A stretch of DNA of 59,148 bases, taken from contig NIVC01004123.1 of the NCBI GenBank assembly GCA_002269645.1, forward strand, positions 1 through 59,148, given 5' to 3'. Made by a program: the position numbers and the translations under genes. Below are positions 1 to 19,230 of this stretch, one piece after another. The stretch comes from Macrostomum lignano. Its lineage: Eukaryota. Under the pieces are notes generated by a model. It was not told the DNA's origin, made no database searches, and was given only the letters and a program-made list of their open reading frames with translations. Position 1 is the stretch's first letter. Each line of letters opens with the position of its first letter.

Positions 1-1942
1 GTTTTTGAAAAATTGACTGAGACTGCCTAGGATGAATTGCTAGCAGATTTCTTGCAGGCAAATCTCGTGCTCCCACGTTGTTTTGCATGTATAGCTGCAG
101 GTAGATCTGAGATACAAAGTATTATATACCTTTTTGTGCTCATTTGGTGAAATCTGCGTTCAATTTGGTGCGAATTCTCCAGCAGGCTGACGTTGTCAGC
201 CACTTAATAATTAGGGTTTGGCCTAAGCAGAAATGAAAAAAGCAGAAGGCAATTTGGAAATAGCTGGCGTTCAATTTGGTCTGCATGCCCAAGAATAGCT
301 CGTACATGTATCTGTACAAAGGAATTGAGACATGGCACATAGAGGCTCTTATTCCAAAATCAGCTTTGTAGACCGTAAGAGAATTGTGAGCTAGCCCAAA
401 TAGAACAGAGTTAAGAGCGTAGATATTAAATACCCTAGATGGTTCACTCGACTCTACTGTATTTAGCAAAGCTACTGTGTTCGCTAGTAGTATGAGCGTA
501 AAAAGCAACATTTATTTATTCAACAGAGCTTGCTTTCCACCTCAACAGCTGGGATTTTTTCACTTACTGTACTGATGACCTCTTCCGTCTACCAGATCTT
601 AAAAGCAGTCGGCACCGATAAGAATGGATCTGCATGGTATTACGAGCATCCCGTCGGTCAAATGGATCAGCCAAATCGAACCTCTGAATCTCCGGTGTGC
701 ATCCAGTATAACAAAACTTGAGGAGTTACAGATCTGCGTCGTCGTGTATCCTCGCAGCGCAGACAGTGGAAATACCGTTCACCGATGCTACTGCACTGAA
801 AGACACAAGAGCAGACGAAGACACGGCGAAGACACGGCGTTTTCAAATGCTAGTAGCTTGTAGCTGTGTGTTGTATAACCACGTTTTGGTCGCGGGATCA
901 TGTGGGGAAATTTTTCGAGATATCCCAGATCCCTTTGACCCACTGGGCAGAGCTGTAGAGACTTAGTCGGGTCCCTGACCAGGCCAACTGACTCCCGCTC
1001 TGTTGCGACCCCCTGCTGTCTCTGTTCTGTCTCCCACTCAGCCACACGTGCCTTTCCGGAGCCCCTAGCTTTTTCACACCTTGCCCGCCTCCCCATTTCT
1101 CATGTTTCTCATCCCATTCTCATATTTTTATCATGTTTTAGCACGTTTTTCTTGCGCTGTCCCCTCCTCATCCCGTGCCTACTTAGAGTATTGTTTGTGC
1201 TCGATCATCACCCCATCTCCCTTTAGGATTCCAAACGGTGGCGCAAGACTACCGACCCTACCTCACCCCGATGACTCATCACCCTCCTCTTGTCCAACCT
1301 TTCTCATGCTATTGTTCTCTTCCCAGGATTTCTCATGTGACACCCACCCCTCGCTTTGTTCTCGCTTTTGATTCTTTTGTTCTCCTCTTCGCACCCAATT
1401 AGCACCTTTTTCCCAATGTTTGCTTTTCTATTGTTCTCGATTCTCCCCAATAATCCACGATTTCCATTTCCTTTGTTCTCGATTTAGAACCTATTGTTCT
1501 CCATGTTTGCTTGCGCAACACTTATTCGACCCCCCACTGTGCTCATTTTCCCACCAACCCTCCTCCGAATTGCGCAATTCTCCCATTTCTCATGTTTCTA
1601 TGCCGTTCTCATATTTCTCAAAATGACTCATTCTGACGTCATCTTCCCGGCGGCCAATCAGAGAGAGGGAGTCACGGAAACAACCTTGGAGCGGCGGCCA
1701 TGATGGATCTGAGGACTATCTAAGGAAGTGATTTTCGGCGTGAGAATCGGCAACCTTCCTTCCTGTCCCCTGTCCTCCCCCTTTCCTTCCTCTTGGAAGA
1801 AGCTGCTCTTCTCGTCCTATCTTTGGACTTGCCGTCAGACGCCGAGCTGGCCCTGATTTGTCTATAAGACGAAGCCCTGCTGGCCCGCGATCCGATACGC
1901 TTCACTACCTGCCTGTCCGCAGTCTACAGCCACCCTCGGTCA

Positions 1943-1949
<7 letters not shown>

Positions 1950-2038
<89 letters not shown>

Positions 2039-2049
2039 CTCTCTCTCTC
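1950..2049. repeat. (CT)n microsatellite
   Basis: Near-pure CT dinucleotide run; explains the ERER/SLSL low-complexity ORFs. Confidence 0.95.
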
Positions 2050-2148
2050 ACTGCCGGTGAATTCCTGTATTGATTTGTGCTCTGATTGCCTTTGCTTATC
2101 CGGGGTTTGCTTATTTCCCATTGCTTGATTAGAGAACTGAGCCAATTG

Positions 2149-3004
2149 TGTAACGTACCTTGCTGTATTTTACTCAATAGTGAAGCCGCCTATTGCCTGT
2201 TTATTTCGCCTAAGGGCCTAATTATTAACGATTACTAAACACCTCATTTCACACCTTCACCATCATTTCATGCATGGCTTGCTGAGCCTTTCTCCCTGAG
2301 GGGCAAAGCATAAGGAAGTTTGGGTAAGCTAATGGGCTCTCCCCGTGAAAAGCCCACCTGTGTGTGCGTGCTGCCGGTCCTGTTTGCTTGCAGTAGAGGG
2401 AATTAGCGGGTCATGGCACAGAATGGCAGCAGGACAGGAGGGTTTTAACACCCTGCTTGCGCGTTCCTTCACCCTGAGCAATCTAAACTATAGCTAGTAT
2501 ACATGTTTAACTCACACTACTCTTAGTAATATTGAAGCCGCAAGTCCGCCTCATTCACAGCCATAAAAGGATCCTCTGCTGAGAAACCCTCCAGATTGAT
2601 CCCAGAGTTCCCGAGTGTGCCCAAAGCAGAGTCCCTGTACTCGGCTGCATGCGTCTCCCCTGTTAGCCTAAATCCCCTGGTAACCAATCCAGGCGGGGCT
2701 CTAGCCTTGAAAGGTCTGGAAATAGCATGGGTGTGCCAGGTCAATAGTGGTGGCCTAGCCATTCGGTCATGCTATGACCGAGTGACCAGTTTTTGCACCT
2801 TGGCTACAGGTGGGGTCCATGTGGGTCCTTGGCCCTTTGGTTACGAAAGCGCTATCAAAAGCTAGCAATCATGTGGGCTCGACAGTCTGGTGCTGGCGGT
2901 CCGTCAGGTCATTGCCCGTTCATAGTAGGCAGCCTACGGTCATTGCCCTATATGGTCATACCCTCCCCTCCCCGTGGAGCAGACGGTCATAAAAGGCGGT
3001 TACA
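2149..3004 (-). mobile_element. Candidate LTR (856 bp) of an LTR retrotransposon extending left out of the window
   Basis: Bounded by TGTAAC (2149) and GTTACA (3004), i.e. TG...CA with 6-bp inverted ends. Minus-strand AATAAA (2205-2200) lies about 50 nt from the end, and TGG follows 4 nt after the end (PBS-like). No TSD (AATTG vs TCATA) and no recognisable gag/pol in the window. Confidence 0.45.
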
Positions 3005-3939
3005 TCATATGAATGAATAGTCAGCCTTTCCGCCTTAATTTCTTACTTTTTGGTTTTTTCACTGTTCGAACGTCGTGAATACCCCTGTTTGAGTTCAACC
3101 AATAAGCAAACGAAACGAGGCTATAAAATATTTTTTTAGAAACAACTACCGTAACAGACTTTTGGGATATAGCCAGCAGAGGCACATGAACTTTCATATG
3201 CATATGCATATGCTCCGTAGAAGTATAAGTTGGAAGTTTCAATACCGCGAGCATTAAAGCGTGTTAAAACAAATTATAAAGACAGATACTCTAGTCAGAT
3301 AATATTTTTACAAATAAAAATCCAGATTACACTTTCAAGCACCTAATTAAACAAACATATCAGAAGCAAAATAAGCAGATTAGCTACAAGCCTATAACTA
3401 TATTTGAAAACGTTTTTCTTAGAAGAAATTAAGTAGTGATGAAATCACCCCTATAAGATTATACCTAGTGATCTGCTGTTGGTAACAACTACCTAGTGTC
3501 GCTGCCGCTGAGTTTCTAAGAGTGAGACAAAGAAGGGAGCGAAGTTAAATTTTCCAACATTTTATCAAGACATAAGATATACTGTCCTGACAAACAATTT
3601 GCTATTTAATTTCACCGATCAGAACTACTATTTAGCACAAACAATCTAACAATCTCTAATAATCAGAACTTAGTATTCTTATTCTAGCAACAGTAGGGCC
3701 TATCATCCGCCTATGCCAATATGATGCTGCTTAGGTCTACATACAAATTATACAATTAAGTTTAGCTTGGCCTAGTACTTGTCTAGTTGTCCTCTGTAGA
3801 AATGAGTGACTAAAATAGTGAGCTGTGTGAGCAGTATATAAAAAAATATTTAATAGGTAGGCCCTTAAACCAGTCACTTGTCTAAAGGCATATTTAAATT
3901 TTAAGCTGCAAACTTACCCACAAAGCCAAAGGCCTTATT

Positions 3940-6900
3940 ATGGCAACTTTAGCAACTTATTTTTCAGCTATGGCTATTGATGGTCTTGGATCTGAAGTTT
4001 TGCTTGTAGCTATTTTTATTGTAGCTCTTTGTATTCTTTTTGGATCAATGATACTATTTCCAAATAATATTGATACCACAAATAGTGAGAACCCTGGGTA
4101 AGTAATAAGTTATTAATATCTTATAATATAAATATTTTTGGAACTTTTGTATAATTTAAGTGACAAGTATAGAATTTCTATAATTAGTCATTATCCTATC
4201 TCCAGAAGATATAGTACAAGTGAGAATTTTCTGGCATGCATTTAAAAATTTCAGCCTACATGGGGTACAAATTAAATTGCAAAAACGGTTGCAGATATGA
4301 ACAGATTCATAAATTAAAATGCAGATATAGATGTGGATTATTATTTTGCAGAGTCAATATAGATATAAAAACAAATGCAGAAAATCTCTGTATTTAGTTC
4401 TGTTATATAACATGGATTTATATTCTGATTTATTTCTGTTTCTGTTTAGGCCTTATTTTTAGATAAATTATTCTCATTTAAATTTATTGTGAAATAATGA
4501 TGGAAAATCCTTTTCTCTATTTTCAAAAGTAAAGCTGCTCCATGATATGCTACAGATAATAGAAAAAAAGAAATTTGATTAGGTCTAAAGTTATGTTTGT
4601 CGCTATATATAATAGAAAAATGTATGTACAAAACATGTGTACTTCTATAGACAACAAATGTGTAAAGTTTAAGTTTGAATTCTAAATAGTTTAAGTCTAG
4701 ATTGACTAGTTTCTTGTTTTCATGTACTTGTGCCAATTCCATAAAGTACATGTAAATCTCTTGATGATTTCCTCATCATTATTTGTTTTTTTAAAATGGA
4801 AACAACAATTTTTCATCATTATTCATAATAAATTTAAATAAGGAAAATTTATCTAAAAATTAAATAGAACTAGATATAAAGCAGAATATAAATCAATGTT
4901 TTGATAGAACTAAATCTAGAGATTTTCTGCGTCTGTTCTTTATATCTGCATTTATTATGCAAAATAGTAATCCACATCTGTATCTACATTTTAGTATGCA
5001 AATCTATTCCATATCTGCATCTATTTCTGCAGTTTAGTTGGTACTACTAGATGTGCAATCGAAAGAAAGTGTAGTTGTCAGGGTACATGATTGCAATGTA
5101 ATGTTCATTACTGCATGCCAGTTCAATATTGCTATGGGCCATAGTCAGGATTCAGGAAGATGGCCTTTTTCACAGAAAATTCTGGTGCAAAAGGGGTTGG
5201 ACATGTGCCACACCAGCATGGTATGGCGCAAGAAAAAATTGGCACAATTTGGTGCAAGATAAAAACTTTAAAAAGACATTATTTTTTCTAATAGAAAATT
5301 AGCATGTAATTTCTTTTTATGAGCTTTTTTGTTTGCTAGTATATTGATGGCTTTTTAAATTAATTTATGTTAACATTGCATTTTCTATGAAACATATTCA
5401 AATACAAGTTGTACAAGTATTTTTCAAATTGAAAATTGACTGATTTTAATGTTTTTTTTACAAAAGTTGCAATATATGGCATGAGCAAAGTTTTTTGATA
5501 GGAATCATACATGCGAAACCTTAGGAATCTCCCAGCCATTTCTATTGGCAATACAATATACATACATATAAGTCACTATTGGCTGAGAGCAGTCACGACT
5601 ATTATTCAAAGCCAAAGCTTATATCAAACTTGACGTCTATTAAACTAGAATCTAGAAAAATGTATAATTCATAATATATACCAAAACTTTATTATAAACT
5701 TACATTAAATCAACAACTTAATAGAAAAACAGATTGGTCTAAGATAGGTTATCCACAAATTTTTGACACTGGCTTGATTAGAGCTATCTTTAGTCTTCTA
5801 GATAAAAACTATCAAGTGGCAATCTAATAGATTGCTAATAGGCCTAATAATCCATAATTGATTATCTTCCAAAGCCTCATTACTACTACTATGAATTATA
5901 GATTGATATTTATATTAGCCATCACATTCCTCTAAGCAACACTTAAATATACTCGTATATGTAAATTCTAAATATATGTAAAAATGTGTGATGTTTGGCA
6001 TTGCAAAAGACAAACAAAAAGCAATGTAGGCCCCTATTTGAAGCCTAATAAGAAATATTCTGTTGCTTTAAAAGTTTAATGTTTCTTCAAGTTTTTCCAT
6101 AGATATCTTTGTTATAATAGCCTAAAAAGAAGGTGTAAGTGCATTTATTCACAAGTATTTTTGTGACTTTCTGATTATCAAATTTGGTACAGCTTAGCTT
6201 AGCTTACTAAATAAAAAACAGGATACCATTCCCTATCTCTTCCAAATAATAGGAATGCAAAATGAATACTGAGGCTATTGAGAATAAATTAAAATATTTC
6301 TTTTTGGCATATGGCATATTTACTACTATTTTAGAATGGTAGATATGCAGTATGCCAAGAAGAAATCTCTTAATTTATTCTCAAGAGCCTTTAGTATTCT
6401 ATTACTAACCATTTATAGACCATTATATTATAGACCATTTTTAGCATAATGGATTTTGCATTCCCATTTTTGGAAGAGATGGGGAATGGTATCCTGGGGA
6501 ATAAATTTGTTAAATTACTATAAGTTTATAATTGAGTTCCTACTATAATTTTGTTCATAACTTTGGTTTCTATTGTTCCTTTTAAGACATTAAATTTATT
6601 ATAAAGAAGAGAATTGGCACTATAAATTATAAATTATAAACTATAAACTTTTTATAATCTTTTTTGATATTTTTACTGCCAAACCTTGAAGCTCGAATTC
6701 ATTAGCATTAACCCTACCCCACACATTAACCCTACCACACACACACTTACCACACCCTACCACCCAACAGCGAGCGCTTCCAACTGCAGCCTCGATCAGC
6801 AGATCCGCCACTCGATGCCTGCCCAATCTGCCTGGAAGAATCTCCCCGACTTGCTGTGCAAACATCCTGCGGTCATCACTTCTGCGGCCCGTGTTTCCTG

Positions 6901-7944
6901 ACCCTGTGGGATGATCGGGTGCTGGCCAGCGTGGCCTGTCCAATGTGCAGGCAGGCTGTGACCATTCTGTTCCCCGTGTTCACAGCTGATGAATTGGGTG
7001 CCGCCAATGATCACCAGAATGAGGAACAATTCGGTCAGGTGATTGACAGGTTAGTTTTGTAGTTTTTTTGTATTGTCTCTACTAGTCAAGAGATTCTGTC
7101 AATTCCCACACTTAGTCTGAGTAATTGCAGTAATTAAAATCTGAGTAATTCCCCTAATTACAGTCTGAGTAATTCCCCTAATTACAGTCTGGGTAATTGC
7201 CCTAATTACAGTCTGAGTAATTGCCCTAATTACAGTCTGAGTAATTCCCCTAATTACAGTCTGAGTAATTGCCCTAATTACAGTCTGAGTAATTCCCCTA
7301 ATTACAGTCTGAGTAATTGCCCTAATTACAGTCTGAGTAATTCCCCTAATTACAGTCTGAGTAATTGCCCTAATTACAGTCTGAGTAATTGCCCTAATTA
7401 CAGCCTGAGTAATTCCCCTAATAACAGTCTGAGTAATTCTCAAATCGGTTGAGCCATTTTTTTCTGAAATCTATCGCATAGCTACAGACAACTCATTTTT
7501 AGTATATTGGATTTCCCTAATTACAGTCTTAGCAAGTCCCTTAATTACAGTCGAAGTAATTCCCTTAATTCCCCAAATTACTATCCGACTAATTCTCCCA
7601 AATCATTGATCCAACATTGACCCCCCAGGGTGAACAGGTTCAACCGCTACAACTCTGGTCGCGGAGTCCCATTGTCGGATTTGCTCCGCGATTTCCCCAC
7701 TGTGCTGCGGCATTTCCTGGCCGACCTGTTCAGTCCGGACGGTTTTTCCTTTGTCTACATGGCGCGCATCTCGGTTGTCATGGTGATGTGCCTGGCGTAC
7801 CTGATTTCGCCGTTGGACATTCTGCCCGAGGCAGTGTTTGGCCTGCTGGGCATCCTGGACGATTTGGTTATACTGCTGTTGTGCCTCATTTTTGTTGTGT
7901 TCCTGTACCGCGATATTGTCAGTCGCAGGGAGTTTCACGCGTGA
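3940..7944 (+). CDS. RNF170: E3 ubiquitin ligase RNF170 (ER membrane RING-HC, C-terminal DUF1232-type TM region), about 250 aa
   Basis: Exons 3940-4097, 6771-7049, 7629-7944 are phase-compatible with GT/AG sites. N-terminal TM AIDGLGSEVLLVAIFIVAL, RING CPICLEE..QTSCGHHFCGPC..CPMCRQAVT, C-terminal YLISPLDILPEAVFGLLGILDD as in RNF170. Confidence 0.92.
4291..5018. mobile_element. Degenerate foldback/MITE-like inverted repeat in RNF170 intron 1
   Basis: Arms about 4291-4508 and 4808-5018 are reverse complements in several blocks (GATGTGGATTATTATTTTGCA vs TGCAAAATAGTAATCCACATC; GCAGAAAATCTCT vs AGAGATTTTCTGC). Confidence 0.7.
6219..6496. mobile_element. Palindromic MITE-like hairpin in RNF170 intron 1
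   Basis: CAGGATACCATTCCCTATCTCTTCCAAA pairs with TTTGGAAGAGATGGGGAATGGTATCCTG; inner arms (GAGAATAAATTAA..TTGGCATA / TATGCCAA..TTAATTTATTCTC) also pair. Confidence 0.75.
7112..7440. repeat. 24-bp minisatellite (CAGTCTGAGTAATTGCCCTAATTA) in RNF170 intron 2
   Basis: About 13 tandem units with degenerate copies out to about 7600. Confidence 0.95.
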
Positions 7945-7989
7945 CTTCAAGTTCGCTGTGTGAGTCCCTTGGCTCTTACGACTGACAGC

Positions 7990-8400
7990 TTAGTGACTCT
8001 TGGTTCTGACATCCTTTAGTGACTCCACTTGACCCTGACATCCTTTAGTGACTCCACTTGACCCTGACATCCTTTAGTGACTCCACTTGACCCTGACATC
8101 CTTTAGTGACTCCACTTGACCCTGACATCCTTTAGTGACTCCACTTGACCCTGACATCCTTTAGTGACTCCACTTGACCCTGACATCCTTTAGTGACTCC
8201 ACTTGACCCTGACATCCTTTAGTGACTCCACTTGACCCTGACATCCTTTAGTGACTCCACTTGACCCTGACATCCTTCAGTGACTCCACTTGACCCTGAC
8301 ATCCTTTAGTGACTCCACTTGACCCTGACATCCTTTAGTGACTCCACTTGACCCTGACATCCTTTAGTGACTCCACTTGACCCTGACACCCTTCAGTGAC
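7990..8400. repeat. 29-bp minisatellite (CTTTAGTGACTCCACTTGACCCTGACATC) just 3' of the RNF170 stop
   Basis: About 14 near-identical units. A GTGAGT donor-like site at 7960 suggests it may lie in a 3'UTR intron. Confidence 0.95.
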
Positions 8401-8985
8401 TCATCTTATCATTAGCATCTTTCGGTGACTTCACCTGGCTCTGTGACATTTTCACCAGTTTTTTTACAATTAGACCACATGCCACTGTTTCTTTGACTCT
8501 GCTGTGCTGCCCGTACTGATTGCTGTTGTCTTTACTGTAAAAACATCCACTTCTGCGCATTGTATCAGTTGTTGCTAAGCTTCTAGATATTCAAGCGTCT
8601 ATGATTATCAGATAATTTGTGCTTTTGTGCCTTTTAAAAAGTTTATTGTGTCATTGTATCAGTTGTGTACTATTATTATATAAATTAAAGAGTACAATAT
8701 ATTTTCTAAGAATCAATTACTGGTTTTCAACTACGAGTATATTTGTCTTCTTTTTGCAATTGTTTTAGTTAAGGCTAGTTTATTTTATATAATAGATTCT
8801 AGGAATTGTTTTCTAAAAGTTTTAATGCTCAATTTTGCCTACTCACCGCAGTAGTATTCATCAGTACAAATTGTAACTTTTTTAACGGATTCAAAAATGT
8901 TTTGATTTAAATTGCAGATTTGCTAAGTGCAAAGCCCTATTGAAGATTGGTAATATTTTTAATACTCGATATAAAAGCGGTAGTT

Positions 8986-15247
<6,262 letters not shown>

Positions 15248-15494
15248 TGGAGGAGCTGCGGTTAATTACTATTAGTAACGTGTTACGCTTGTCTATGCCG
15301 TTAATAAATTAAGCTTTCTACTGCCTGTAATTAACAATACAGTCTGTTCGTGAAGCGTCGGATGTTCGATTTTCTTTGCTAATTTTTCCTAACTTGTGTA
15401 ATCTGCGCTTATAACTGGCTGATGATAATGGGGTAATTGTCTTTGAGTTGTTCCTTTCTGATTTCTAAGAGTATATATTTTTATGCTGACAGAC

Positions 15495-15875
15495 TTACAG
15501 TCTCTCAACAAGCACCGACAGTCTCTCAAAACAGGCACTGACAGTCTCTCAAAACAGGCACCGACAGTCTCTCAAAACAGGCACTGACAGTCTCTCAAAA
15601 CAGGCACTGACAGTCTCTCAAAACAGGCACTGACAGTCTCTCAAAACAGGCACTGACAGTCTCCCAAAGCAGACACTGACAGTCTCTCAACTCTGGCACT
15701 GACAGTCTCTCAAAACAGGCACTGACAGTCTCCCAAAGCAGACACTGACAGTCTCTCAACTCTGGCACTGACAGTCTCTCAAAACAGGCACTGACAGTCT
15801 CCTAAAACAGACACTGACAGTCTCTCAAAAGGGCACTGACAGTCTCCCAAAACAGGCACTGACAGTCTCCTAAAA
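15495..15875. repeat. 23-bp intergenic minisatellite (CACTGACAGTCTCTCAAAACAGG)
   Basis: About 16 units between the U2SURP 3' end and the ASAH1 start. Confidence 0.95.
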
Positions 15876-16001
15876 CACCGGGAATCCCCACCAAAGCGTT
15901 AGTCAGTTTTAGATTCAGCATAAGATTAGCAAATCATGCTACTGAAAGTAGAGCAAATAAAATTTAAATCATGCCCATTGCAGCCAATTCTTTCTACTGC
16001 C

Positions 16002-18727
16002 ATGCGCCTCCTCGTCCTGTCGCTGTTCTGCCTGTCGCTGGCGGCGCCTCGCTCGGCCCAGCCGCCACCGCCGCCGACGGCTCAGTGTGTGGCCGACGCC
16101 TACCCGCCCCCGCCGGACACTCTCGTGCCAACCGCTCGCGTCAATCTGGACGAACCGCCGGCCACCCGATGGCGCCAGGTTGTGGCGCCGCGCGCCGCCG
16201 GAATGCGCGCTCTGTTGGGCCAATTCCGGCAGTTCCTGTTCAACCTGACCGGCTCCGACTCGCTCATGAACATCGTCGACAAGGAGATGGTGCCGCTGTC
16301 CCAGACTCTGCCTGAACCGTTTCGCAGTGAGCTGGCCGGCGTGTCGGCCCTGTCCAACCTCAGCCTGGGCGAGGTCACCCTGTTCAATGTCTTCTACGAG
16401 CTGTTCCCGCTGTGCACCTCCATCCTGGCCGAGGACTCCAGCGGCCGGCTGTTCCACGCCAGGAACATGGACTTCGGGCTGTTTCTGGGCTGGAATGTCA
16501 CCAACAGCTCTTGGATTATTGCCGATTATTTGAGGCCACTGCTGGTCAATGTGGAGTTCTATAGGGGTGGCCAACTGGTGAGCATCAGTGTCCTGTGGCG
16601 TGTGCTTTTGGGTGATTATGTAAACCGCTTTGCTGGGCAGTTCCCCAGTTGCTGGGCCAGCCTCCCAGATCCCCAGTTGCTGGGCCAGCCTCCCAGATCC
16701 TCAGTTTCTGGGCCAGCCTCCCAGATCCTCAGTTGCTGGGCCAGCCTCCCAGATCCTCAGTTGCGAGGCCAGCCTCCCAGATCCTCAGTTTCTGGGCCAG
16801 CCTCCCATATCCTCAGTTGCTGGGCCAGCCTCCCAGATCCTCAGTTGCGAGGCCAGCCTCCCAGATCCTCAGTTGCTGGGCCAGCCTCCCAGATCCGTAG
16901 TTGCTGGGCCAGCATCCTGGATCTTGAGTTTCTGGGCCAGCCTCCCAGATCCTCAGTTGCTGGGCCAGCCTCCCAGATCCTCAGTTTCTGGGCCAGCCTC
17001 CCAGATCCTCAGTTGCTGGGCCAGCCTCCCAGATCCTCAGTCGCTGGGCCAGCCTCCCAGATCCTCAGTTTCTGGGCCAGCCTCCCAGATCCTCAGTTGC
17101 TGGGCCAGCCTCCCAGATCCTCAGTTTCTGGGCCAGCCTCCCAGATCCTCAGTTTCTGGGCCAGCCTCCCAGGTCCTCAGTTGCTGGGCCAGCCTCCCAG
17201 ATCCTCAGTTTCTGGGCCAGCCTCCCAGATCCTCAGTTTCTGGGCCAGCCTCCCATATCCTCAGTTGCTGGGCCAGCCTCCCAGATCCGTAGTTGCTGGG
17301 CCAGCATCCTGGATCTTGAGTTTCTGGGCCAGCCTCCCAGATCCTCAGTTGCTGGGCCAGCCTCCCAGATCCTCAGTTGCTGGGCCAATCTCCCAGATAC
17401 TCAGTTTCTGAGCCAGCCTCCCAGATCTTCAGTTGCTGGGCCAGCCTCCCAGATCCTCAGTTGCTGGGCCAGCCTCCCAGATCCGTAGTTGCTGGGCCAG
17501 CATCCTGGATCTTGAGTTTCTGGGCCAGCCTCCCAGATCCTCAGTTGCTGGGCCAGCCTCCCAGATCCTCAGTTGCTGGGCCAGCCTCCCAGATCCGTAG
17601 TTGCTGGGCCAGCATCCTGGATCTTGAGTTTCTGGGCCAGCCTCCCAGATCCTCAGTTGCTGGGCCAGCCTCCCAGATTCAGTAGCTGGGCCAGCCTCTC
17701 AAATCCTCAGTAGCTGGGCCAGCCTCCCAGATCCTCAGTAGCTGGGCCAGCCTCTCAGATCCCCAGTTTGCTGTGCCAGTCTCCCAGATCCTCAGTTGCT
17801 GGGCCACCAGCCTCCCAGATCCTCAGTTGCTGGGCCAGTCTCCCAGATTCCCAGTTGCTAGGTAAGCCTCCCAGATCCCCAGTTGCTGGGCCAGCCTCCC
17901 ATATCCTCAGTTGCTGGGCCAGCCTCCCATGTCCTCAGTTGCTGGGCCAGCCTCCCAGATCCTCAGTTTCTGGGCCAGCCTCCCAGATCCTCAGTTGCGA
18001 GGCCAGCCTTCCAGATTAAATTAAAAACGAATGTGGCTATTCTGCAGAATCGAACCCCGGATCTTCGTTGCTAAGGCCAGCTGCACAGCCTTCGCTGTCC
18101 ACCCCCCTCACCGAGCAGGTGTTTCTCTCCAGCCACTACGCCGGCTACATCGGGGTGCTCACCGGGCTCCGGCCGCACCAGTTCAGCCTGTCCGTGAACA
18201 GCCGCGTCAGCGCCAAGACCCAGAGCCTGGCCGGAGTTGTTGAGTGGTTGCTAGGCATCAGGGATCAGTACTGGCTAGGCGTTGCCACCCGAGCTGTGCT
18301 GGAGAACGCCACCGACTATGGCCAGGCCAAGCAGCGCCTCGCCAACTGGAAGCTAATCGCTCCGGTGTACTTCATCCTTGGCGGCGCCAAACACCTGGAA
18401 GGCTGCGTGATCACCCGCGACCGAGCGGCCGGCGCCGCGGACATCTGGGAGCGGGCCGCGGCTGGAAACCACAGCTGGTACCTGCTGCAGACCAACTATG
18501 ATCACTGGAAATCTCCCAATCCCATTGACAACAGGCGAGGTCCCGGCAATGCCTGCATGGCTAAGAAGGGCCAAGATGAAGCTGCCAGCTTCTCGGGTTT
18601 GTTCAACGTCCTGAGTTCGATTCCTGTACTGAACAAGCTGACGGTGTACACGGCGCTGATGCGGGTGGACGATGCCACTCTGGTGGCGTACAGGCGTCAG
18701 TGCCCCGACCCCTGCGCACCTTGGTGA
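16002..18727 (+). CDS. ASAH1: Acid ceramidase (N-terminal nucleophile hydrolase), about 394 aa
   Basis: Exons 16002-16577 and 18119-18727, phase 0. Signal peptide MRLLVLSLFCLSLA, NLDEPPATRW, LGEVTLFNVFYELFPL/CTSI (catalytic Cys), HARNMDFGLFLGW, YAGYIGVLTG, EGCVITRDR, QTNYDHW, PVLNKLTVYT, C-terminal CPDPCAPW. Confidence 0.95.
16630..18015. repeat. 28-bp GC-rich minisatellite filling the ASAH1 intron
   Basis: About 49 units of GCTGGGCCAGCCTCCCAGATCCTCAGTT; source of the spurious long ORF extensions. Confidence 0.95.
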
Positions 18728-19029
18728 CTGACGTCTATGACTGTTTTATGATTTTTGAGTCTTTCTCTAATTGGCAATCTGATTTTTATTGTTGATTCTG
18801 CCATAAAATTTATTAGTCAGGTGTTCCTTATGATTGGACTTGTGATTTAGACCTAATTTTAATTGCTCAAATATTCTATTTTACTATTGCAAGTAAATCA
18901 AGTTACAGAAATTTGGTGTTTTTCACATTTAAAATTCAAAATCTTTCAAATTTACTTAATTTTTTTATTTTTTAACTTGATTTATAATTAATTTGCAAAT
19001 GGAAACATATTTTTGTCTTGATTTTCTTT

Positions 19030-19066
19030 CTATAGATACATAGAGATAGACAGATAGATAGATATG

Positions 19067-19152
<86 letters not shown>

Positions 19153-19155
19153 GAC

Positions 19156-19225
<70 letters not shown>

Positions 19226-19230
19226 GTAGA
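19030..19230. repeat. (GATA)n microsatellite
   Basis: Direct reading. Confidence 0.95.

Noticed and set aside
140-511. 123-aa minus-strand ORF with hydrophobic N-terminus
   Set aside because: No recognisable domain or splice context; indistinguishable from a chance ORF.
16578-18118. Long ORFs with SCWASLPDPQLLGQPPRSS repeats extending ASAH1
   Set aside because: Stop-free intronic minisatellite; splicing 16577 to 18119 yields a normal-length ceramidase.
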